A stretch of DNA of 64,000 nt from Octopus sinensis (taxonomy: Eukaryota): assembly GCF_006345805.1 (NCBI RefSeq), contig NC_042998.1, positions 59,830,001 to 59,894,000 of the forward strand, read 5' to 3'. Below, one piece after another: positions 54,996 to 64,000 of this stretch; the stretch's first letter is position 1, and each line of letters starts with the position of its first letter. The notes beneath the pieces were generated by a model. That model was given only the letters and a program-made list of their open reading frames with translations, searched no databases and was not told the origin of the DNA. Made by a program: the position numbers and the translations under genes.

Positions 54996-57705
54996 TTAGA
55001 GACAAAACGTTTGCTTCAGTAGCGCGTATTCTTTTTATACATAAGTTATGTTCCTATGGCAACGTAAATTTGGTTTGATTTTTTTAACGGCTTAGAATTT
55101 AATTTCACTTCATAATTTGAAACTGACTTGTAAGTATGTATATTATTTCTCCTTATGTCATATTGTTATTTTTGATATTCTGGTTAATTACGATGTATTT
55201 TATATATCGTTTTATGTGTAATAATGTTGTTTTTCTTTGGAGTGTTTATGTATGTGAGATTGTTTGTGAGTGTGTGCGTATTTTAGTTGTATAATTTATT
55301 TATCTGTATGAGTGTGGGTGTGTAAATATCGTTGTATATATCGAGTTTAGTGAGTATGTATATGCGTATATGTGAGGAGTATATGGTATATGTGTTGTGT
55401 GTGTGTTTTACGTATGTATATTTGTGTGTGAATGTGTATATGGGTTTGTTATATAGGTTGGGATGTATGTGTTAATTTGTCTGTGTGGGGAGGGAGTGGG
55501 TTTTTGGTGTATATTGAGGTTTATACGTTAGTATAGGTATGTGTGAGTGAGGTGGGTATTTGTATAAGTCGTGGGTCTGTGGTTTACGTGTGTGTATTTG
55601 TGTGTGAATGTTTAGGTTAGGGGGATTGCTATATAGGTTTGTTATAGAGTTTAGCAAAGGGAGATTTTATCATTATATGTTGTTGTGAGTTTTGGTTTAT
55701 CACGGTAGTTTTATTAAGGAATTCGTAGTAATTTGTCTATTTACGATGTTTGTTGTTTTATTGCATTATTTCATTCATAATTTTTGAGTAATGTTCGTTT
55801 TACCACGTGAATATTATTTTTAGTTCCATTTATTCCATTTCTCCATTCATAATTTTAAAAGATGTTCGTTTCCAGAGCGGGAATACTTTTTATACATATG
55901 TTAGGTTCCCTGGTAACGTAATTTTGTTTGGTGTATATGTGAGGCTTATATGTACTTGTGGGTGTGTGTGAGTGGGGTGGGTGTTTGTATTTGTTTGTAT
56001 TTGTGGTGTGTGTTTACGTGTGTGTATTTGTGTGTGAATGTATAGGTTAAAGGGATTGCTATATAAGTATGTTATAGGGTTTAGTAAAGGGAGGTTTTAT
56101 CATTTATGTTTTTATGAGTTTTGGTTTATCATGGTAGTTTTATTAAAGAATCCATTCATAATTTTTTTTAAATAATGTTAGTTTACCGCGTGAATATAAT
56201 TTTTAATTCCGTTTATTCTATTTCTCCATTCATAATTTTAAATGACGTTTGCTTCCATAGCGCGTATTCTTTTTATACATAAGTTATGTTCCTATGGTAA
56301 CTTAATTTTGGTTTGATGTTTTTAACGGCTTAGAATTTAATTTCACTTCATAATTTGAAACTGACTTGAAAGTATGTATATTATTTCTCCTTATGTCATA
56401 TTGTTATTTTTGATATTCTGGTTACTTACGATGTATTTTATATATCGTATTATGTGTAATAATGTGTTGTTTTTCTTTGGAGTGTTTATGTATGTGGGAT
56501 TGTGTGTGAGTGTGTCGTGTTGGGTTTGTGTAATTTGTTTATCTGTGTGAGTGTGGGTGTGTTTATTGTTGTGTATGTCGAGTTTGGTGAGTATGTATAT
56601 GTATGGGTGTGTGTTTTACGTATGTATATTTGTGTGTGAATGTGTTTATGGGTTTTCTATATAGGTTTGGGGATGTATATTTTTGTTTGTCTGTGTGGGG
56701 TTGAGTGGGGTTTTGGAGTATGTGTTGAGGTTTATATGTATGTATACGTATGTGTGAGTGGGGTGGGTATTTGTATGTGTCGTGGGTGTGTGGTTTACGT
56801 GTGTGTATTTGTGTGTGAATGTTTAGGTTAGGGGGATTGCTATATAAGTATGTTATAGAGTTTAATAAAGGGAGATTTTATCATTATATGTTTTTGTGAG
56901 TTTTGGTTTATCATGGTGGTTTTATTAAGGAATTCGTGGTAATTTGTGTCTATTTGCGATGTCTGTTGTTTTGTTACATTATTTCATTCATAATTTTTGA
57001 GTAATGTTCGTTTTACCAAGTGAAATATATTTTTAATTCCATTTGTTCCATTTCTCCATTCATGATTTTAATGATGTCCGTTCTAGAGCGGGAATGTGGG
57101 TTGTATGTGTGTGTGAGGGAGTATGAATAAGTATTGTGTTGAAGTATTTGGCTATTTTATTTATTTATCGTTGCCTAGACGTTTTTATGTGTATGTATAG
57201 GGATATATATAAGGTGTGTGATTTAGCGTATGTATTTAGATATGGTTATATATAATTAGTTATATGTGTATGGGTGTATATATAGTTTATTTTTGTTTTG
57301 TTTTATATTTTATATTTTATATTTAATTGTGATAGTTTTATTTAGTTTATATTTGTTTATATATTGATTATATATGGATTATATATAGGTATATATAGAT
57401 TAATATTTATATTTTTTCATTAATACTTTAATTATTTTAAAATTATTATTTTTATATTTTAAAATATTGATATTTTAGATTGGAAGTCCACCTGAAGATT
57501 GTCGATCAGGACAAGAAACAATTGTAGTGGCGGTTTTTTTTGACTTTTTATAAAATTTTGTATTGATTAAGTCTTTCCTTGTTTGTTTTGCAAAATAGTG
57601 GTTTTGTCTCTAATAATATTATATAATATTTTACTATAAAATTGGATTTAATCCTAAATCTGATTTTTTCCCTGTAAATTTGGATTTATTCCCTAATATT
57701 TATTA
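54961..57705 (+). mobile_element. 2.7-kb non-coding PLE-derived element with internal tandem units and an intact hammerhead
   Basis: Units at about 55021-55873, 55874-56258 (internally deleted) and 56259-57088; 25-bp perfect inverted repeat at 54984-55008 and 57601-57625; (TA)n on both sides. Confidence 0.75.
57488..57530 (+). ncRNA. Perfect minimal type-I hammerhead ribozyme
   Basis: ccac-CTGAAGA-ttgtc(gatcag)gacaa-GAAA-caattgt-A-gtgg; all three helices pair and helix III is palindromic (ACAATTGT). Confidence 0.9.
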
Positions 57706-57756
57706 TTATATATATATATATATATATATAAGGATGTATATATAAATACATCAATA

Positions 57757-57835
<79 letters not shown>

Positions 57836-57964
57836 TTATTATCTAATCTCCAGCTTACAGCAAAATTCAACATTTCTCTTCGCAAAGCATTCGTTCATGG
57901 AGCTGAGATCAGCCTTCAAAATAACAGTCAAGTAAAAGTTATATTGATTTTGCTAAAAACGCCT

Positions 57965-58180
57965 TTGTGGAGCCGTGTGGCTTAGAGTTTATGGGTGTTG
58001 GACTCATGTTCATAAGATTGTGATTTCGATTCCTCAGCCATGCGTTGTGTTCTTGAGGAAAGTAATTCATTTCACGTTGTTCTAGTTTCCTCAGCTGGCA
58101 AAATGGGTAACCCAGCGACGGACCGGCGTCCCGTCCAGTGGGGAGTATATACACTATGGGTACCAGGAAACTGACCCCCT
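57965..58180 (+). mobile_element. tRNA-derived SINE (second family)
   Basis: Homologous to 34062-34275. Confidence 0.7.
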
Positions 58181-58917
58181 GTCTCTATATCACTCGGGAA
58201 GGATCGTTATCTTTTATTCTGAATTCTGTCTAAAATGATTCTCGCTATATATACGTATAAATCACTACTCATGCAACTTGAACTTTCAATGATAAATACA
58301 AATACCAATTTATGTGCCACGTTTTTTTAATTCCTTGGCTAACACAAATGTGTATACGTACGTACAAACATGAATCATTTCCTCTATAGCTACAAGGCAT
58401 GAGTGTTGGGGAAAAAGGATGGTCGATAACATCGACCTCAATGCTCATCTGGTAATTATTGATCTTAGCGGAGTTTGAACGCAGAAGCTAAGAATGAGAT
58501 TCGTTAAGCAGATTGTCCGGCGTGCTAACGATTCCGCAATTCACTGCTTTACATGCATATATATATACATAAATATTGCAATAGTATGCAATAGAATTAG
58601 ATTTATATGACATGAGCATATCATCAGAGGGAAACCTTGGGTGCTTTATATGTGTTTATGCTCAGGTGATATAAATTTAATTTTTACTTAATATTTACTG
58701 AGCATTAATTGAAACAGCGGTAAGGGACGATGATTTATTTGCTTTTAATAATAAGCAATTATTAGCTTCCCAATGTCTATTTTCTTTTTCTTCTGTTATA
58801 TATATATATTATATACATATACACAAAGAGACAGGGTAGAACGCTGAACTGCACAGTTCCATCGAAATAGGAATTATCAACAGTGTGCTTCCATTGCTTA
58901 TATATATATATATATAT

Positions 58918-58962
<45 letters not shown>

Positions 58963-58963
58963 T

Positions 58964-59069
58964 ATATAGAAGGAGCTTCTACAGGACTAGTACTGTTTCA
59001 TTCAAGAGAATCTTCCTGAAGATTTCTCTGAATGAAACAGTACTAGTCCTGTAGAAGCTCCTCTATATA
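58964..59069. repeat. About 50-bp-arm hairpin of a PLE-type terminus with a hammerhead-like centre
   Basis: Near-perfect palindrome; right arm reads CTGAAGA-tttctctgaat-GAAA-cagtact. Confidence 0.75.
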
Positions 59070-59140
59070 ATAAATTAATTTTACTCTGCTATGTATTGAG
59101 CCCTTACTTACTGTGGTTAACCCCGGATCTACCCGGGACC

Positions 59141-59210
<70 letters not shown>

Positions 59211-59254
59211 TATGAAAGAATGGAGTTGAACGACGAATTAACAAAATTCCTTTA

Positions 59255-59337
59255 TTTTCGACATATGTTTCGAAGGCTGCATATTCCTAATTGCGAAGGA
59301 ATAAGGAGCATATTATGCCGCTTTCTCATCAGGAAAA
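59255..59337 (-). ncRNA. Type-I hammerhead ribozyme, canonical core
   Basis: ttttc-CTGATGA-gaaagc..gccttc-GAAA-catatgt-C-gaaaa; perfect stem I, GUC cleavage triplet. Confidence 0.87.
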
Positions 59338-59414
59338 GCAAGGAATTATGTCAACATCAACCAAGTATCGGTAAACCGAATTATCCATAACAAGATAATT
59401 CATTCAACTACTCA

Positions 59415-59434
59415 ATATATATATATATATATAT

Positions 59435-59474
<40 letters not shown>

Positions 59475-59677
59475 TGTATGTATGTATGTATATATATATG
59501 TATATATATATATTATATATATATAATAATATATATATATATTATATGTATATGTATGTATATGTATGTATGTATGTATATGTATGTATGCATGTATATG
59601 TATGTATGTATATATATGCATGTATGTATATATATGTATGTATGTATGTATATATATATATATGTATATATGTGTGT

Positions 59678-59708
<31 letters not shown>

Positions 59709-59761
59709 TGTATGTATAGATTGATGCATAGATAGATAGATATATAGATACATAGATAGAT

Positions 59762-59792
<31 letters not shown>

Positions 59793-59793
59793 T

Positions 59794-59878
<85 letters not shown>

Positions 59879-59880
59879 AG
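59415..59880. repeat. Compound (TA)n/(TATG)n/(GATA)n microsatellite
   Basis: Seen directly. Confidence 0.97.
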
Positions 59881-60441
59881 GAGAGAAAGTGACAATAATT
59901 ACACAAACGGTAGAGAGACAGACATGCAAACAGGTATTTAAATGGGCCAACATAGGAAAATAAACTGGGGAATAAATTTGTTTAAATGAATATAATTTAT
60001 ACGTTTTGCTCACAGTAATTTGCTTGAAGCAATCAATGCGAAACTTAATAAAATCGTTTATTCACTGAAGTGTTTATTACGGAGATACATTGTGAAAAAT
60101 GATAAAGCAAAGAATGTATTCTATGGCAGCTGCAGGCAGTTAAAAGAAATAAAAGTGTCAATGTACTATTCTTCAAGAGAACGACAGGATAATGACGATG
60201 AGGGTAGTTACAAATAACAGTATTAAGAAAAGCTGGATGAGAGTTAAGGTTTAGCCAGGTTTATAAGGGAATGATGAATATTTAAACATATCTGTCAATG
60301 TACCAGTTTATTTTATAAACAGAATCAGAGTAATGGATTAGTGCACATATAAATGAATGCTTAAGTAATTCGTTATATGTGTGTATATATATTTATACCA
60401 GTTACATGTGTGTGTGTGTGCAAGGGGATATTAGTCTCTCC

Positions 60442-60472
<31 letters not shown>

Positions 60473-60839
60473 CTCTCTTATATATATAATATATATATAT
60501 ATAATATATAAATAATATATAATATTAATGTATATATACATATACATATAATGTGAATATATATATATGCACATATATGCATATATATGCATAGATATAT
60601 GCGTATATCTATATACATACGTATATATAAATATATAAATGTATATATATAGGTGTGTGTGTGCGTGTGTCTGTGTGTCTGTGTGTCTGTCTGCATGTGA
60701 ACGTGTGCGTGTACACGTGCATATTCTGTTGTCTTTTTCTAAACGCACGTGTAGTACAGGTGTGGAGAAGTGCTACTCTAATATTTGAATCCGCAAATAC
60801 TTAATAACCATACAGGTATAGTTCGTGTGTGTGTTGTAA

Positions 60840-60910
<71 letters not shown>

Positions 60911-61084
60911 TATATGTAATGTATATGTATATATACATATATATATATATACTTATGTATACATACATATATACATATTATAATGTTATATTATATTTAA
61001 TGTAGGATAAAAATTTTTTCGAAAGAAAAAAAATTTATCAATGGCCAGCATATTAAAAAATACCTTTAACAGTTAAAATTATAA

Positions 61085-61473
61085 ACAACTTATAAATAAG
61101 GGAAAACGAAAGAATTTATAATGCCAAATATGCCGAAAAATTGGACATATTGTCAATAACCATATAATTTTTCACAATCCGCACGCTACTCGAAAAAAAG
61201 CCGAGAGAAATTTCTAAAAAATTCCATTATCACCATATGGGACCGATTTCAGGGTTTGTTCGTAAGAACCCTCCCTTTGTCAGTGGGAAATAAATAAATG
61301 AAAAACTTACTCATACCCATGGAAGAAATAGTGGAATTTTTTAGAAATTTCTGTCGCCTTTTTTTCGAGTAGCGTGCGTATTGTGAAAAATTATATGGTT
61401 ATGGACAATATGTCCAATTTTTCTGCATATTTGGCATTAGAAACTTTTTCGTTTGCCCTTATTTATAAGTTGT
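61085..61473. mobile_element. Inverted-repeat mini-element (about 145-bp arms) enclosing a hammerhead relic
   Basis: Arms at 61085-61230 and 61328-61473. The spacer (-) reads CTGACAA-aggg..ccct-GAAA-tcggt-C; stem I does not pair. Confidence 0.8.
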
Positions 61474-61777
61474 ATATTATATTATATCATATCATATATA
61501 TATATATAATATATATATAATATATATATATTATATATAATATATATATAACAAAGTGAAGTTGTAAGGTACCGCACGAGTGGAAATATGTGAAAGAAGG
61601 TTTGAAGATGCAATTTTAAAGTTGATTATTCACTTGACCGGTTTCATCTTTTAAGAAAAACATTGTCAAAATTAAAATGTAATGCTTTGTAAAAATTTTC
61701 TTGTGTTAAGTACTGGTTGTTACAAAATATTACAATACATATCAAAATTCTTTGATAATAATAATAAGAAAATGTTA

Positions 61778-63029
61778 CGAGGGGCGTTCAATAAGTAATG
61801 CCCCTGACCCACTTCCCATAGCAGTAGAGCAACGAAACTTGGCACAGTTATTAGTATTTTCCTACATAGGAACTACCCAGAGTTATGCATTTCTCCCATC
61901 GTTTGATACAGCTCTGGAGACCTTTTTTGTAGAAGACTCCAGCTTGGTCCTCCAACCACGACGTGACTTCAGAAATCAAGGCTGCATCATCTGGGAAACG
62001 CTTTCCTTTCAAAATCAATTTCATGGCTGGGAAGAGGTGAAAATCAGAGGGTGCAAGAGGAGAAGTTCATAGCTGCACGCCTGTCCTTCTGATCTGGCGA
62101 CACGCGAGTTGTGGACCGGAGCGTTGTCCTGCAGGAGGAGGATGCCTTTGCTGATCTTACCCCGCCTCTTGATTTTGATAACTTCTCTTAATTTCCTCAA
62201 AAGTGAAGCATAATAGGCTCCTGTAATTGTGGTACCCTTTGCCAGGAAATCTGTCATCACTACTCCGTCCTGGTCCCAGAAGACTGTGAGCATAACCTTG
62301 TCACGAGGGCTGCACCCTTGCCTTCTTTGGAGGAGGTGAGTCACGGTGCTTTCACTGCATTGACTGGGCTTTGGTCTATGGATCATAGTGATGGACCCAG
62401 GTTTTATCCTGTGTGATCAGTCTTTTGAAAAATTTTGACTCATCTTCTTGGCACATCTCCAAATTCATCCTCGAGCACTCAACGCGTTCTTGCTTCTGGA
62501 AAGGTGTGAGCAACCTGGAAATCCATCTGGCAGACACCTTTTGCATATGCAAATGGTCATGAATGATAGTTTCCACAGACCCGGTACTAATCTTGACCTT
62601 ATGGGCTATTTGGCGAATAGTTATGCGTCGATCTTCCAAAATGGCAGCCTCAACTTGACGGACAGACGTCTCATCAACGGCAGAAGGGGGTGACCAGATC
62701 TGGGAGCTGTTTCCACAGAGTTCCGACTATGTTTGAATTCACAATGCCAGCGTTTTACAAGGTCATAGGATGGGGCATCATCACCATAAGTTACTTTCAT
62801 TTCATCAAAAGTCTCCCGTGGGGTGCGTCCTTTCAAATACAAAAACCAGATCACTGCTCGACACTCAACAGGCTCCATTTCACACTTGACTCAGTTCAAA
62901 CACCTGTAAATCAGAAACCACAATTAGTTCAGAGCTGTAATTTGCCACTTAATCTATAGAGGTATAAATAAGTGCACATGCAAAATTTCAGCAAGTGGGT
63001 CAGGGGCATTACTTATTGAACGCCCCTCG
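61778..63029 (-). mobile_element. Mariner DNA transposon (DD34D-type) with both ends; transposase frameshifted
   Basis: Perfect 37-bp TIRs (61778-61814, 62993-63029) with TA duplication. MEPVECRAVI.., KVSARW..RLLT, ITQDKTWVHHYDP, KVMLTVFWD, LLQDNAPVH. The region after the second Asp is disrupted. Confidence 0.96.
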
Positions 63030-63399
63030 TAAAAACAGTTTACAGGGAAATATCTTGGACAATTATTAAACGAAGTGTTCAATAACAATATTAGGATTTC
63101 ATTAAAAATCATATTTGTTTGGAAGTATCTATATATATACTCAGAAGAGTATTAGTTTTAAAAAAGTCATATTTGGTAGTATATATATACACAGAAGGAG
63201 ATATATTTAGGAGTTTACACGGAATTTCAGATTAACTTACCTGTTTTAGCATTTTTAATTTTGTGTGAATCTAAAGGTTGTTTACTATATTAAGGGACAA
63301 GGTAGGAGGTTTGTTGGCGTAGGGGGAAGGAAGAGCAATGTGGAATCGAAAGAAAGTTTTTGTTTCTCTTTCATAGTTGGTCTTTCATGGCTAGTCTTT

Positions 63400-64000
63400 C
63401 ATGGTTCAGTGGTTTGGGGATTGGTCTTAGAGGTCAGAATGGTGTGAGTGTGTGTGTCTGTGTCTGTGTGTGTGTATATATACATGTGTTTGTGTTTGTG
63501 AGCGTGGGCCGTTTTTGATTGGTCCCAGAGTTTTATTTGTGGTGTATGTAAATGTGTCGGTGTGTGTTTTATATTTGGTAGGATGATGTGTGTATATGTG
63601 TGCACGTTTGTGTGTGTGTGTATGTGTGTGACTAATATTTGTTAGGATGTGTGTGCGCATGTGTATGCATGTGTTTGTTCGCGTGTGTTTATGTGTGCGT
63701 CTGTGGGTGCGTGTGTATGTTTGTGTGTTTTTGTGTTGGTGGGGATGTTGTGTGTGTACGTGAGTGTGTGTCACTGTCTGAGTATGTTTGTGTTGTTATG
63801 ATTGTCTTGGTGTTGTGTGTATATATATATATATATATGTGTGTGATTGGTATTTTTCATGGTGTTGTGTGTGCGTATGTGTGTGTCTATGTGTTCGTTC
63901 TCGTGTGTGTATGTGTGCGGCTGTGTGTGCGCGCGTGTATGTTTGTGTGTTTTTGTGTTGGTGGGGATGTTATATATGTGTACGTGAGTGTTTGTGTTGT
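63400..64000. repeat. GT-rich low-complexity tract with a direct repeat of about 225-bp period
   Basis: ttgtgtttttgtgttggtggggatgtt at about 63722 and 63947. Confidence 0.6.

Noticed and set aside
55021-57088. Repeat array as a possible CRISPR
   Set aside because: Units are hundreds of bp and diverged, with no repeat-spacer pattern, no cas genes and a eukaryotic context.
58585-58635. CTGATGA-tatg..cata motif (-)
   Set aside because: GAAA is replaced by TAAA, and helices I and III do not pair.
18122-63774. Numerous 60-160-aa ORFs rich in YI, CV, HT or LS
   Set aside because: They are translations of dinucleotide and tetranucleotide microsatellites, or antisense shadows of TE ORFs.

Overview
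AT-rich eukaryotic DNA made up almost entirely of transposable elements and microsatellites. The tRNA-derived SINE families and the repeat mix suggest a coleoid cephalopod (octopus-like) intron or intergenic region; this is an inference. No host gene can be called with confidence, and there are no prokaryotic, CRISPR or rRNA features. Recognisable elements: one young 5'-truncated RTE LINE with an intact 462-aa ORF, older RTE and CR1 relics, at least two clades of Penelope-like elements (PLEs), an ORF1-only L1/Tx1-type element, a full-length mariner, other Tc1/mariner, MULE and Helitron remnants, and many SINEs. The least expected signal, read by eye, is about 15 type-I hammerhead ribozyme (HHR) motifs at PLE ends and in fold-back mini-elements. 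They include canonical copies, a compensatory U3-A8 core (UUGAAAA) and a recurrent U4C core (CCGANGA) at five separate loci. All translations of degraded elements and all RNA folds were done manually and need computational confirmation.
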